Below are positions 44,369-55,014 of a DNA stretch of 64,000 nucleotides, one piece after another (the stretch's first letter is position 1; every line of letters starts with the position of its first letter). The notes beneath the pieces were generated by a model, which saw only the letters and a list, made by a program, of their open reading frames with translations, did no database searches and was not told the DNA's origin. Position numbers and translations under genes: made by a program. This stretch comes from Phormidesmis sp. (GTDB taxonomy: Bacteria; Cyanobacteriota; Cyanobacteriia; Leptolyngbyales; Leptolyngbyaceae), in contig CBDFJR010000002.1 in NCBI GenBank assembly GCA_965248535.1, positions 832,001-896,000 on the forward strand, given 5' to 3'.

Positions 44369-44734
44369 ATGACTACTCAAGTCTATGGAATTCCGACCTG
44401 TGGCACCTGCAAAAAGGCATTTCAATGGCTGAAAGCCAACGGCATTGACTATGAGCCTATCAACACTAAAGACCACCCCCCGACTCAACCGACGATCGCT
44501 GCCTGGGTGACCCAACTCGGCAGTAAAGCAATGCGAAACACCTCTGGGCACTCTTATCGCTCGTTGGGAGATGAGAAAAAAACCTGGACAGATGCCGAGT
44601 GGATTGAGGCCTTTGCTCAAGATTCTATGCTGCTCAAGCGTCCTCTTTTTGTCTGCGATGGGGTGGCGATCGCGGTCGGCTTTGCCCCGTCAGAAGCCCT
44701 GCTGTCAGTCTTGCATCCGGCTAAGGGCAGGTAG
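44369..44734 (+). CDS. Spx/MgsR/ArsC-family protein
   Basis: CGTCKKA, NTSG, LLKRP. Confidence 0.88.
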   Translation: MTTQVYGIPTCGTCKKAFQWLKANGIDYEPINTKDHPPTQPTIAAWVTQLGSKAMRNTSGHSYRSLGDEKKTWTDAEWIEAFAQDSMLLKRPLFVCDGVAIAVGFAPSEALLSVLHPAKGR

Positions 44735-44944
44735 AACACTGTTCATCAATAAGTTCTTTCTCTGCTTGAGTGAAATGACTAGTTTTACTTTACTGTCACA
44801 AAGAAAGGCGCGAATATATAGAAAGATCACGGATTAAATAAAGCCTAAGCCTGGTTTGGGGCGCGGCAGCGCTGTGCCCATCGATCGACACATCACCATC
44901 AACGCACTCCTGAGCAAGCCAACCTCACGACTAGGGAGAAACCA

Positions 44945-45748
44945 ATGGAAAATTTAGCTTATCTTCATTTAGCGGTTGACTTTGAAGCCCCCAATCCAGA
45001 CTTAACCCTGCGATCGCTTTCACAACTCGGCTTGAGCGTTCCTAGCTCGGCTTGGGTGGGCGTTGTCAGTTTAGCGATCGCGGGTGCTGTTTTGGCCAGT
45101 GCTCACGATGCAATGGCGGCGATCGGGCGCGGCAGCCAAGGGTCAGCCGTGACGGCCGTGCAAAGTGCCCTACGCAATCGGGGTTATGACCTCGCGGTCG
45201 ATGGAGTCTATGGCAGCCGAACTGAGTATGTGGTCTCGCTGCTCCAGGGCTATGAACATATTTCTGCTGATGGTGTAGTTGGGCCAAAGACAGCGGCGGT
45301 GTTGGGGCTGCCGGGGGCTGCCTATGGCGGGGGCGGGGGCGGGGGCAATCCCGGCAGCGAGGCTCCTACAGGAGCGGTCACGGTGACTGCCCCGATCGGG
45401 GTCAACATTCGCAGCGGCCCCGGAACCGGGTATGGCATCGTCGGCGGTCTGGGCTATGGGGCGCGAGTCAGCACCTATGGCACGTCGTCGGGGTGGTATC
45501 GCGTCAGCGGGGGCTGGATCTCGTCTTCCTACACCAGCAGCAGCAGTGGTGGTGGCGGCGGCGGCAGCCCTGGGAGTGGCTATGGCACGGTCACTGCGGG
45601 CAGTGGCTTGTTGGTTCGCAGCGGCCCCGGCCCGGGCTATGGGGTCGTCAACAGCCTTGGCTATGGCGCACGAGTGGCGATCTATAGCTCCTCAAACGGC
45701 TGGTATCGAACCGATGGCGGCTGGGTTTCGGCTAGCTACGTTCGGTAG
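44945..45748 (+). CDS. Peptidoglycan-binding protein with two SH3b domains
   Basis: MENLAYLHL leader, VDGVYGSRT/DGVVGPKT, two RSGPG..Y repeats, Gly/Ser linkers. Confidence 0.88.
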   Translation: MENLAYLHLAVDFEAPNPDLTLRSLSQLGLSVPSSAWVGVVSLAIAGAVLASAHDAMAAIGRGSQGSAVTAVQSALRNRGYDLAVDGVYGSRTEYVVSLLQGYEHISADGVVGPKTAAVLGLPGAAYGGGGGGGNPGSEAPTGAVTVTAPIGVNIRSGPGTGYGIVGGLGYGARVSTYGTSSGWYRVSGGWISSSYTSSSSGGGGGGSPGSGYGTVTAGSGLLVRSGPGPGYGVVNSLGYGARVAIYSSSNGWYRTDGGWVSASYVR

Positions 45749-45781
45749 AAGACGGCTGAGACACAAAACCCATCAAATTTA

Positions 45782-45815
45782 AGGGACGGGTTAACAGAAA
45801 TCCGTCCCTCTTTTT
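45782..45815 (+). terminator. Intrinsic terminator
   Basis: AGGGACGGG/TCCGTCCCT stem followed by CTTTTT between convergent genes. Confidence 0.65.
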
Positions 45816-45819
45816 GAAC

Positions 45820-48690
45820 TTAAGCCGTGACGACGGGAACGCACCGTTCACACAGCAGCGGATGTTGATGAGATTCGCCGACGTGAATGGAGTAGTTCCA
45901 GCAGCGATCGCACTTCTTGCCATCAGCTTTGGTGATGCCGATGGTCAGATCTGCTAGATCTGCTTGATAGTGCAAATTCACAAAATCGCTGGGTGAGTTG
46001 ACTAAACTCACTTGGGAGGTGAGCAAGAGATAGCGCAACTCATCTACCCCATTTCCGCTGCCGCTGGGTGGATTAAACTGCTCCAGCACCTCTGATTTTA
46101 GATTTTTAGGAAACAGGAGCACGTTAGATTCTAAAGAAGAACCGATATATTTCTCTGTCCGCGCTTTTTCTAGAACTTTGTTGACCTCCGCCCGAACTTG
46201 CCGCAGCGTTTCCCATTTTTCTGTCAGTTCTGGCGCGCTCCACTGCGGGTCTAGCGTCACCCAACGGGCTGCAAACACCGATTGATAGGGTGTCGAATAG
46301 GGAATAGCTTGCCAGATATCTTCTGCCATGTGACAGAGCACAGGCGCGATCGCTCGTGCCAGGTTTTCAACCGCGATCGCCAACACCGTCTGGCAACTCC
46401 GGCGACGCAGATCATCGCTGCCGCTGATATAGAGCCGATCTTTGGCAACATCTAGATAAAAATTAGACAGATCAACCGCACAGAAATTCTGCACGGTCTG
46501 AAAAAAGCGAAAGAACTGAAAACTCTCAAATGAGTCTTGAATGTCAGAAAAGACTTCGGTCATTCGATGCAGCATGTAGCGATCGAGTTCTGGCAATTGC
46601 TCGTAGGGCACTGCGTTTTGAGCCGGATCGAAGTCGTGCAGATTGCCCAACAAAAATCGCGCCGTGTTGCGAATCTTGCGATAGACATCCGCCATTTGTT
46701 TGAGAATGGTTTTGCCGATCGGCACATCGTTGGTGTAATCGACCGACGATACCCATAACCGCAAAATGTCGGCTCCATAGGGCGGCTCTTCTTTTTGGTT
46801 TTTGCCCCCTTCGATCACAATCATCGGATCGACAACATTGCCTAGAGATTTACTTTGCTTGCGTCCCTGCTCATCTAGCGTGAACCCGTGAGTCAAAACC
46901 GTTTTATAAGGTGCAATCCCGTTGACGGCGACACTGGTCAGCAAACTGGATTGGAACCAGCCGCGATGCTGATCTGATCCTTCTAGATACAAATCGGCGG
47001 GATATCGAAGCTCGTCTCGCTGTTGAAGAACCGCCGCCCAAGACGAACCGGAGTCAAACCAAACATCCATTGTGTCGGTGCCCTTGCGATAGGCACGACC
47101 TCGATAATGCTCTGGCAAAAGCTCGTCAACGGACAACTCCCACCAGGCATCGGAGCCTTTTTCGGCCACGATCGCTTGCACATAGGCGATCGTTTCTTCA
47201 TTCAGCAGCGGGTCGCCTGTCTCTTCATCATAAAATACGGGAATCGGCACCCCCCAACTGCGCTGACGAGAAATGCACCAGTCCGATCGCTCTGCCACCA
47301 TTGGCGTGATCCGGTTTTCGCCCTGGGCAGGAATCCAGGTGACGTTGGCGATCGCCGTCAGTGCTGCATCTCGAAAGCCCTCGACCGAGGCAAACCACTG
47401 CTCGGTCGCTCTAAAGATTGTTGGTTTTTTGGTTCGCCAATCGTAAGGATATTTATGAACATAAGGTTCTTCTTTAAGCAGCGAACCCGCATCGGCTAAA
47501 GCTTGAATCACGGCACTGTTGCCCTCTCCCAGCACATTTAAGCCTGCAAACTGCCCAGCCTCGGCGGTAAAATCGCCGTTATCATCCACCGGAGACAGCA
47601 AGGGCAACCCATAGCGCAGCCCAACCTGATAGTCTTCTTGACCGTGACCCGGAGCCGTGTGGACTAATCCTGTTCCTGAGTCAGTGGTGACATAATCGCC
47701 GCCAATTAGGATCTCGCTTTGACGATCGTAAAGTGGATGCCGATAGGTGCAGTGCTCTAGCAGCCGACCCATCATCGTCGCTTTCTCAGTCAGGGTCGTC
47801 CCCAGCAACTCAGCGAGGCGATCAATTAGATCCTTCGCGACAATCAGATATTTGAACTTAGAGTGAAAATCTGCCCCGACTTCCACCACGGCATAGACTA
47901 AATCGGGATTGACACTCACCCCCAAATTAGCCGGAATCGTCCAGGGAGTCGTTGTCCAAATCGCAACGCCCAACTCACCCAAAAAGGGGTCGAGGGGCAT
48001 TTGCAGATCTTTGGATAGATTTGTGACTTCAAACGCTGCGTAAATACTGCGCGAGGTGTGACCTTCAGGATATTCAAGTTCGGCTTCTGCCAGGGCCGTT
48101 TTAGAACTCGGACTCCAGTGCACAGGCTTTAAGCCACGATAGATATAGCCCTTGAGCACCATCTGCCCGAACACGCCGATCTGCGCCGCTTCATAGTCTG
48201 GCTTTAGGGTCAGATAGGGGTGCTCCCAATCGCCCCAAACTCCGTAGCGTTTGAAGCTTTTAAGCTGCTCTTCGACAGTTTTGAGCGCGAATTCTTTAGC
48301 TTTTTGCCGCAGCGATAACGGCGTTAGCTGCTTGCGCTCTTCGGGTTTGAGGGTTTGGAGAACTTTAAGCTCGATCGGCAGCCCATGACAGTCCCATCCG
48401 GCTACATAGCGAACTTTTCGACCTTGCAGCAGTTGATATTTGTTGATCGTGTCTTTGAGAATTTTGTTCAGCGCATGGCCGATGTGCAGCGACCCGTTTG
48501 CATAGGGCGGGCCATCGTGCAAAATGAACACATCACCCGGATTGTTCTGGGACAGGTGCTCGTAAATTTGCTGTTCTGCCCAAAATTTTTGCAATTCGGG
48601 TTCCCGTTTGACGGCGTTTGCACGCATATCAAAATCGGTTTTAGGCAAATGAACGGTGTCTTTATAAGATCCGGGGTCTGTTAGCGCCAT
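45820..48690 (-). CDS. ileS: Isoleucine--tRNA ligase (type 1)
   Basis: GPPYANG..HIGH, GWDCHGLP, KQSKS, C-terminal CDRC Zn finger. Confidence 0.98.
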   Translation of the reverse strand: MALTDPGSYKDTVHLPKTDFDMRANAVKREPELQKFWAEQQIYEHLSQNNPGDVFILHDGPPYANGSLHIGHALNKILKDTINKYQLLQGRKVRYVAGWDCHGLPIELKVLQTLKPEERKQLTPLSLRQKAKEFALKTVEEQLKSFKRYGVWGDWEHPYLTLKPDYEAAQIGVFGQMVLKGYIYRGLKPVHWSPSSKTALAEAELEYPEGHTSRSIYAAFEVTNLSKDLQMPLDPFLGELGVAIWTTTPWTIPANLGVSVNPDLVYAVVEVGADFHSKFKYLIVAKDLIDRLAELLGTTLTEKATMMGRLLEHCTYRHPLYDRQSEILIGGDYVTTDSGTGLVHTAPGHGQEDYQVGLRYGLPLLSPVDDNGDFTAEAGQFAGLNVLGEGNSAVIQALADAGSLLKEEPYVHKYPYDWRTKKPTIFRATEQWFASVEGFRDAALTAIANVTWIPAQGENRITPMVAERSDWCISRQRSWGVPIPVFYDEETGDPLLNEETIAYVQAIVAEKGSDAWWELSVDELLPEHYRGRAYRKGTDTMDVWFDSGSSWAAVLQQRDELRYPADLYLEGSDQHRGWFQSSLLTSVAVNGIAPYKTVLTHGFTLDEQGRKQSKSLGNVVDPMIVIEGGKNQKEEPPYGADILRLWVSSVDYTNDVPIGKTILKQMADVYRKIRNTARFLLGNLHDFDPAQNAVPYEQLPELDRYMLHRMTEVFSDIQDSFESFQFFRFFQTVQNFCAVDLSNFYLDVAKDRLYISGSDDLRRRSCQTVLAIAVENLARAIAPVLCHMAEDIWQAIPYSTPYQSVFAARWVTLDPQWSAPELTEKWETLRQVRAEVNKVLEKARTEKYIGSSLESNVLLFPKNLKSEVLEQFNPPSGSGNGVDELRYLLLTSQVSLVNSPSDFVNLHYQADLADLTIGITKADGKKCDRCWNYSIHVGESHQHPLLCERCVPVVTA

Positions 48691-48883
48691 GATACACAAG
48701 TGTCAGAATATAGAAAATCTGCAAAGAGGCGAGGCCTGCTCTGCATGGAGTTATTATCAGTGAGAATCTCCCTCGCTTCAAGTCTAGCGTGGAGAATAGA
48801 CCGCTGGATCTAAAGCTATAGAGGGAGGAGTCTTTGGAGGGTGAATTAACCGATATCGGTTAGTGGCAGAGGCAATGGGCATG

Positions 48884-48912
48884 GTAAGGGCAGGGCATTG
48901 CCATGCCCTTAC
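48884..48912. repeat. REP-like GC hairpin
   Basis: GTAAGGGCAGGGCATTGCCATGCCCTTAC. Confidence 0.75.
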
Positions 48913-48928
48913 AGCTTTCTCGATCGCT

Positions 48929-49885
48929 CTACTGATCCGATGGTGCGGTTTCGGGAGGGTGAGCAGGCAGGTGCTTTTCTTCGGCATCGGCGATCGCGGC
49001 TTCGACGAGATCAGGTGTTGGCGGCTTAGGAGGGGTAGGCTGAAGTCCTATAGTCTCTGCCTGGGCGGTTTCGGCGGCTCGCTTGGCTTCAAAATCCATC
49101 TCTTCTAAGATGATCTCATCACTGGAAATGGTCGAGTCAGAGGTGGCATCTTCATCACTCAAAACGGGCGACTCAGAGTCCTCACTAGACGTTTTGGGCT
49201 GGTCGTCGTCTTCAAAATCGGCATCTGCCACCGATGCGTCACGAAACTCTTTTCTGACGTAAGTCGTCGTGTTTTTGGGGGGCTTGTTAAAGCTAGCGAT
49301 CAGAGATTTGGCAGTTTCGACCAGAGCCGTTAGCGGGTTTGGCTGAGGCGATGAAGGCTGAGAGTCTGCTGAGGTAGAGGCGATCGGGCGAGTCGTCGGA
49401 GAGGAGATCGGAGGGGAGCCAAAATCTTCTGGCTTGAGCGGCTCATAGACGCGATCGCTCTGAGTCGCGGCAGAATTTTGCGGTTGAGTGGTCTTGTTGA
49501 TTAGGGACTGGGCACGATCGCGCAAATTTCCAAGCTGCTGCTTAATTTTGGCGGTGGTCTCAGGCGAAAGCACTCGATTGATCCCAGCTTGCAGATTGGC
49601 GGAGAGATCACCCGTCGTCGATCGTAGCTCTGCGGGGGTTTGCCCCGATCGAGCCAGCAATGTCTGCCAGCCGAGCCAGCCAATTAGTGAAACACTGGCC
49701 ATCTGTCCGAGCAAAACGCCGCCCGTAATTCGTTCGGCACAAATCCACAGCACTAGGGCATAAAACAAGCCCACCCCACTCCAAACCAGATCGCCTTTTC
49801 GGTGAAGCTCTGGGTAGAAGAATGCGGCGAGATAGAGGGCTAAACTGCCCAAGCCCACCACCAAAGCGAGAAGAAACGTCAGCAT
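48929..49885 (-). CDS. ycf66: Ycf66-family protein
   Basis: AFFYPELHRKGDLVWSGVGLFYALVLW N-terminal domain; long disordered tail. Confidence 0.85.
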   Translation of the reverse strand: MLTFLLALVVGLGSLALYLAAFFYPELHRKGDLVWSGVGLFYALVLWICAERITGGVLLGQMASVSLIGWLGWQTLLARSGQTPAELRSTTGDLSANLQAGINRVLSPETTAKIKQQLGNLRDRAQSLINKTTQPQNSAATQSDRVYEPLKPEDFGSPPISSPTTRPIASTSADSQPSSPQPNPLTALVETAKSLIASFNKPPKNTTTYVRKEFRDASVADADFEDDDQPKTSSEDSESPVLSDEDATSDSTISSDEIILEEMDFEAKRAAETAQAETIGLQPTPPKPPTPDLVEAAIADAEEKHLPAHPPETAPSDQ

Positions 49886-49975
49886 ATTGGCTGCTCCCAA
49901 ACTGTCAGCGACTTCTATTAACTCTACCTCCCTTGGGCAGCGATTAAAGTTGAAGAGATGTCAAGGAAGCAAAAA

Positions 49976-50494
49976 CTAGGCCGGGTTGACGCGCATTAAT
50001 GGCTGCCCATATTCCACAGGCTGCGAGTTTTGCACCAAAATCTCAACGATTTCGCCGGAGACCTCAGCCTCGATCTCATTGAGCAATTTCATCGCTTCAA
50101 TAATGCACACCGTTTGCCCAGAGCGAATGCGATCGCCCACCTCGACAAACGGAGACTCGTCGGGGGCCGGAGCGCGATAGAAGGTGCCCACCATCGGCGA
50201 GAGAATTTCGACTAGGCGGCGATCGCTGTTGGGCGGAGGAGCCGACTGACCCGAAGGCACCCCATTGGGGTTATCAGCCCTAGACAGATCTGAGGCGGGA
50301 AGCGGAGCCACGATCGGGGAGACGGTCAGCGTCTCTCTAGACCCGATCGGAGACAGGTTGGCTGGCTCTGAACCCGATCGCGACTCTCGACGAACGGTCA
50401 ACTCAAAATCTTCACTTTTTAAGATCAACTCCGCGATATCGGTTTGGTTGAGAGCCGTGAGCAGTTCGCGAAGTTCGCTTAAGTCCAGTGGCAC
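49976..50494 (-). CDS. accB: Biotin carboxyl carrier protein
   Basis: SPMVGTFY, EAMK biotinylation motif. Confidence 0.97.
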   Translation of the reverse strand: MPLDLSELRELLTALNQTDIAELILKSEDFELTVRRESRSGSEPANLSPIGSRETLTVSPIVAPLPASDLSRADNPNGVPSGQSAPPPNSDRRLVEILSPMVGTFYRAPAPDESPFVEVGDRIRSGQTVCIIEAMKLLNEIEAEVSGEIVEILVQNSQPVEYGQPLMRVNPA

Positions 50495-50594
50495 AGGGTT
50501 ATTGCTCCATTTATAAGGCGATGGGTAATGTGTGAGTAGTTGGCAGTTAGCAGCCCTGAGTCGCCACTACTAACCAAGTGCCACGAGCCACTCG

Positions 50595-51155
50595 TTAATT
50601 TTCTCGACCCAGATAAGAATCATCGCGGGTATCGACCTTGATTTTTTCTCCAACTGTGATGAAGAGTGGCACCATAACTTGAGCGCCTGTTTCAACGATC
50701 GCTGGCTTGGTGCCGCCTGTGGCCGTATCGCCTTTTACACCCGGATCGGCTTGGATGACTTCGAGCACGACCGAGTTGGGCAGTTCTACCTCTAAGACCT
50801 GTTCACCCCAGCGAATGACGTTGACTTCCATACCTTCTTTAAGATATTTAACGCGCTCGCCAATTTGAGCCACGCTGAGTTGCCCTTCTTCATAGGTTTC
50901 CATATCCATAAAGACGTATTGATCGCCATCTTTATAGGTGTGCTGCATCGTGCTTTTTTCAAGATTGGCCTGCGGCACCGACTCCCCTGCGCGAAAGGTT
51001 CGTTCTAATGTTTTTCCAGTGCGGACATTCTTTAGCTCAGTCCTGACGAATGCCGATCCTTTGCCTGGCTTTACGTGCAAAAAGCTAATCACTCGCCAGA
51101 CGGCTCCGTCTAGCTCAATACTTACGCCAGGTCGAAAATCATTACTAGAAATCAT
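50595..51155 (-). CDS. efp: Elongation factor P
   Basis: [23 protein letters not shown]. Confidence 0.98.
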   Translation of the reverse strand: MISSNDFRPGVSIELDGAVWRVISFLHVKPGKGSAFVRTELKNVRTGKTLERTFRAGESVPQANLEKSTMQHTYKDGDQYVFMDMETYEEGQLSVAQIGERVKYLKEGMEVNVIRWGEQVLEVELPNSVVLEVIQADPGVKGDTATGGTKPAIVETGAQVMVPLFITVGEKIKVDTRDDSYLGREN

Positions 51156-51317
51156 GAGTGATGACAGTGGGGGAGAATGTTCGGCACTTTATTTTACCGC
51201 CCAGCGATCGCTTTTCATCGCTTTTGATTAGCGTTGTTCGTCACGATTCACCACAGAGCACCGCCCCCTAACGTGGCACAATCGGAAAGGGGTTTTAAAG
51301 CACGCAGGGAAAGAGAT

Positions 51318-52440
51318 ATGTCTTTTTGGAATCGTTTGACACTGGCTCACTGTCTGGGTTGGTTGAGAGATACCTGGATCAAAGGAATGGCGGTGGGGCT
51401 GGTCTGTCTAAGCTTTTTAGGATGGAGTCTTCCGGCTCAGGCGCTGCCGCCAGGCAACCCGATCGTTAACCCAGAGGCGCTGCTGCGCTACTCGCTGCCG
51501 ATCGACAATGCTGACGCTCGCAAGCTGCAATTTAGCCTCGAAGATATCACCAGTCAACTGCGGGCCAACCGTCGTTGGGGGGCTGTCGTCAGCGATGTCA
51601 AACAAGCTTATCGAATTTTGAACGATCGCTCTGCTCAACTGTTGGCATCCGTCCCCGATGATAAAAAGCCGCAAGCAGAAGCCATTATTGAGAAATTAAA
51701 GACAGGTGTTGAAGAACTTCAAACCAGTGCAGAGGCCAAAAATAAAGAGCAGACGCGATCGCAGCGCTCTGATTTGCTCACCCTCGTTTCCCGCCTCGAA
51801 GAGCTAATGGTGCAGAAATTTCCCTTATGAGGTGCCCACAGAGTATGGCAATCTGCCTCAGCTTAAAGGACGGGCTACCGTCACTGCGAAGACAAATCAG
51901 GGTGATTTAACGATCGTGCTTGACGGCTTTAGCGCCCCCGTCACGGCTGGCAACTTTGCCGACCTGGTGAAGCGCGGTTTCTACGATGGCTTGCAGTTCA
52001 CACGAGCCGAAGATTCCTATGTGCTGCAAATTGGCGACCCACCCGGTGCTGACGTGGGCTTTATTGACCCTGCGACTAAAAAATATCGCTCAGTGCCCCT
52101 AGAAATTCTGGTAAAGGGCGACAAAGAGCCGCTTTATGGCATCACATTAGAAGATGCCGGACGCTATTTAGATCAGCCTGTTCTGCCTTTTTCAGCCTAT
52201 GGTGCTCTGGCGATGGCTCGTCCTGGTGACGATCCCAACGGCGGTTCTTCTCAGTTTTTCTTCTTCTTGTTTGAGCCAGAATTAACGCCTGCCGGGTTGA
52301 ACTTGCTGGATGGTCGCTACGCTATTTTTGGGTTTGTTACCTCAGGTCGAGAAGTGTTGGAGAAACTAAAAGCGGGAGACACGATCGAGTCAATGAAAGT
52401 CGTTGACGGGTTAGATAACCTGGTTGAACCCACGGCTTAA
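51318..52440 (+). CDS. CYP38/TLP40-like cyclophilin, split by a +1 frameshift near 51822-51826
   Basis: ALLRYSLPIDN helical N-domain; removing one base restores KFPYEVPTEY; APVTAGNF, GSSQFF. Confidence 0.9.
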
Positions 52441-53433
52441 ATGAGCGATCTAACCGTTCAAGACCTTGGAGAGAAAGGGCTGCTGAAAACATTGCAGTCC
52501 TTCTGTCCGTCCGAGATCGTCGGCGATGATGCTGCCGTTTTGCAAACCGCACCCGGAAAGTTGCTGGTCATCACCTCGGATGTGCTGGTCGATCGGGTTC
52601 ATTTCAGCGATCAAACGACCCCACCTGAATCGGCTGGCTGGCGATCGGCGGCCGCCAATCTCTCAGATCTCGCCGCTATGGGCGCTGCGCCGTTAGGAAT
52701 CACAGTGGGATTAGGACTTCCTGGTGAAGTCTTAGTCAGTTGGGTAGAAGCGCTGTATCAAGGCATCACAGACTGTTTGCAGAAATATGGAACTGTCATT
52801 GTGGGCGGCGATCTTTGTCGCTCGCCCGTGAAGACCATTGCTATCACTGCCTTTGGAGAGGTCGATCCCGATCGGGTGATCCGTCGGGCCACGGCTCAAA
52901 TCGGAGACGCGATCGTAGTCACGGGCTTTCATGGCTCCTCACGAGCCGGGTTGGAACTTTTATCCTGCATCCTGAAGTTGGGTCAGGAACTAAATCAGGA
53001 CGATCGCGCCTCCCTCATCCAAGCTCATCAATATCCCAACCCTCGATTAGATATCATTCCGCTCCTGCCTAAAACACGGATTTCTGGCATGGACAGCAGC
53101 GACGGATTGGCAGATGCGATCGTGCAAATTTGTCGGGCTAGCAGCGTGGGAGCAAGGCTCGATCGTCAACAAATTCCCATCCATCCCGCGCTCAAGCGAT
53201 GGTCTCCTCAAACAGCGATAACCTGGGCGCTTTATGGAGGAGAAGATTTTGAATTGGTTCTGTGTTTGCAGAGAGAGGCGGCTCAAACGTTAGTCGAGCA
53301 ACTGGGGAAGGAAGCGGCGATCGTCGGCACTATCACGTCTGATGCTGAGATTTGGCTGATCGACTCCACCACAGAAAACCCCGACGAGATTTTGAGCTTA
53401 GAGCGAGGCTTTCAGCACTTTGGTAGCCACTAG
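52441..53433 (+). CDS. thiL: Thiamine-monophosphate kinase
   Basis: GDDAA, NLSDLAAMG, GGD, MDSSDGL, GGEDFEL. Confidence 0.95.
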   Translation: MSDLTVQDLGEKGLLKTLQSFCPSEIVGDDAAVLQTAPGKLLVITSDVLVDRVHFSDQTTPPESAGWRSAAANLSDLAAMGAAPLGITVGLGLPGEVLVSWVEALYQGITDCLQKYGTVIVGGDLCRSPVKTIAITAFGEVDPDRVIRRATAQIGDAIVVTGFHGSSRAGLELLSCILKLGQELNQDDRASLIQAHQYPNPRLDIIPLLPKTRISGMDSSDGLADAIVQICRASSVGARLDRQQIPIHPALKRWSPQTAITWALYGGEDFELVLCLQREAAQTLVEQLGKEAAIVGTITSDAEIWLIDSTTENPDEILSLERGFQHFGSH

Positions 53434-53488
53434 TTCAGCTTCGATTGGAGAGGTTTCTTAGGAGTTTGACCAACGTTCGGCAAACGTG

Positions 53489-53626
53489 ATACCAATTTCG
53501 GATGTAATTGCGACTGATCGTTCAATCCGACGGGGCACGGCATGCCATGCCCCTACGCTTTTTGTACGGGCACGGCACTGCCGTGCCCTCGTGCGGATCT
53601 GTCGCATTCACAAATCAAATTGGTAT
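53489..53626. mobile_element. MITE-like element carrying two REP-like hairpins
   Basis: TIR ATACCAATTT/AAATTGGTAT, inner TGCGAC/GTCGCA, hairpins at 53532-53556 and 53564-53588. Confidence 0.65.
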
Positions 53627-53796
53627 GACTCACTTCAGACAGGTTTGCTGAACCGCAAGCAGTGCGAATTTGGAAAGCCCCTTGATTTTTGATGCTTTCT
53701 ATCGCAAGCTGGTCAGAAACGTTAAGAATTTTGCCCCTTTTATGATTACGGTTTGTTGCCTTTTGGGGTTTGTTTGTGCCCGTTAGCTCTGTTTCT

Positions 53797-54444
53797 ATGC
53801 GCTCTTGTTTGCTCAAAACTAAAGGCTTAACGCCCTACTTAGAAGCCTGGGCTTGGCAGCAACAGCTAGTCAACGATCGCAAACTTAACCCTGAGTTAGA
53901 CGATGTTTTGATCTTGCTAGAACATCTGCCTGTTTACACCTTAGGGCAGGGGGCAACGACAGACTTTCTCAAGTTTGATGCGACTCAACCTGAGCATGAA
54001 TTGCATCGCATTGAGCGAGGCGGCGAGGTGACTTATCACTGCCCAGGGCAACTGGTGGGCTACCCAATTTTAAATTTGCAGCACCACCGCAAAGATCTGC
54101 ACTGGTATTTGCGACAGTTAGAAGACGTGATCATTCGAGTCTTGGCTGTTTATCGACTGGAGGGAACGCGCATTTCGGGCTTAACAGGGGTTTGGGTCGA
54201 GGGTCGAAAAGTGGCCGCGATCGGCATCAAGGTCAGCCGTTGGATCACCATGCACGGCTTTGCGCTGAATGTCTGCCCTGATTTAGCTGGGTTCGATCGC
54301 ATTGTTCCCTGCGGCATTGCTGATCGGCCTGTGGGCAGTTTGGCGCAGTTTGTTCCTGACATTGCGATCGCGCAGGTGCGTCAAGAAGTCGCGATCGCGT
54401 TTGCCGAGGTGTTTGGCGTAAATCTCATTAGCAACCCGATTTAA
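53797..54444 (+). CDS. lipB: Octanoyltransferase
   Basis: [37 protein letters not shown]. Confidence 0.96.
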   Translation: MRSCLLKTKGLTPYLEAWAWQQQLVNDRKLNPELDDVLILLEHLPVYTLGQGATTDFLKFDATQPEHELHRIERGGEVTYHCPGQLVGYPILNLQHHRKDLHWYLRQLEDVIIRVLAVYRLEGTRISGLTGVWVEGRKVAAIGIKVSRWITMHGFALNVCPDLAGFDRIVPCGIADRPVGSLAQFVPDIAIAQVRQEVAIAFAEVFGVNLISNPI

Positions 54445-54447
54445 ATC

Positions 54448-54954
54448 ATGAATACCGACTTTCTTCAACGACTTCAGGCAACGCCGATTACGCCCGAAAG
54501 CTTTCAGCCCTATGGTCAGGTGATTAGTGCTTTAGAGGATGGACAACTCTATGGCGATCGCGATGCTCAACTTCAGATCCAAGCTGGGATTCCCCGGTTT
54601 TACATTATGCGATTGCACGATCGGGGCCGCAGGTTTCATCACATCACCCGCCATAGACTCTGCACGCAGTGTTTAGGATCGCTCAATGGCAAAGATTGGC
54701 TGATGGCAGTGGCCACAGGAGCAAGCGACCATCCCGACCTAGAAAGCCTCAAAGCGTTTCACATTCCTGGCAATTGTTTCATCAAGCTTAATGTAGACAC
54801 TTGGCACGCCGGGCCGCTTTTTGATGCCAGTGCCCTAGAGTTTTATAGTTTAGAACTCAGCGACACCAACCTCACTGACCACGAAACCTGCAATTTGCTG
54901 ACAACCTACCGGGTAGAGTATGAGATTGTTGGTGGTGTAGCTTCAGAAAACTAA
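54448..54954 (+). CDS. Ureidoglycolate lyase-family (cupin) protein
   Basis: ITPESFQPYGQVI, TRH..CTQ, TWHAGP. Confidence 0.8.
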   Translation: MNTDFLQRLQATPITPESFQPYGQVISALEDGQLYGDRDAQLQIQAGIPRFYIMRLHDRGRRFHHITRHRLCTQCLGSLNGKDWLMAVATGASDHPDLESLKAFHIPGNCFIKLNVDTWHAGPLFDASALEFYSLELSDTNLTDHETCNLLTTYRVEYEIVGGVASEN

Positions 54955-55014
54955 TCCGCTTCTTAACTTCACTGCTGAGAGAACAAGACCCTTGAAATCC
55001 TCAGAGCGGTCGGA

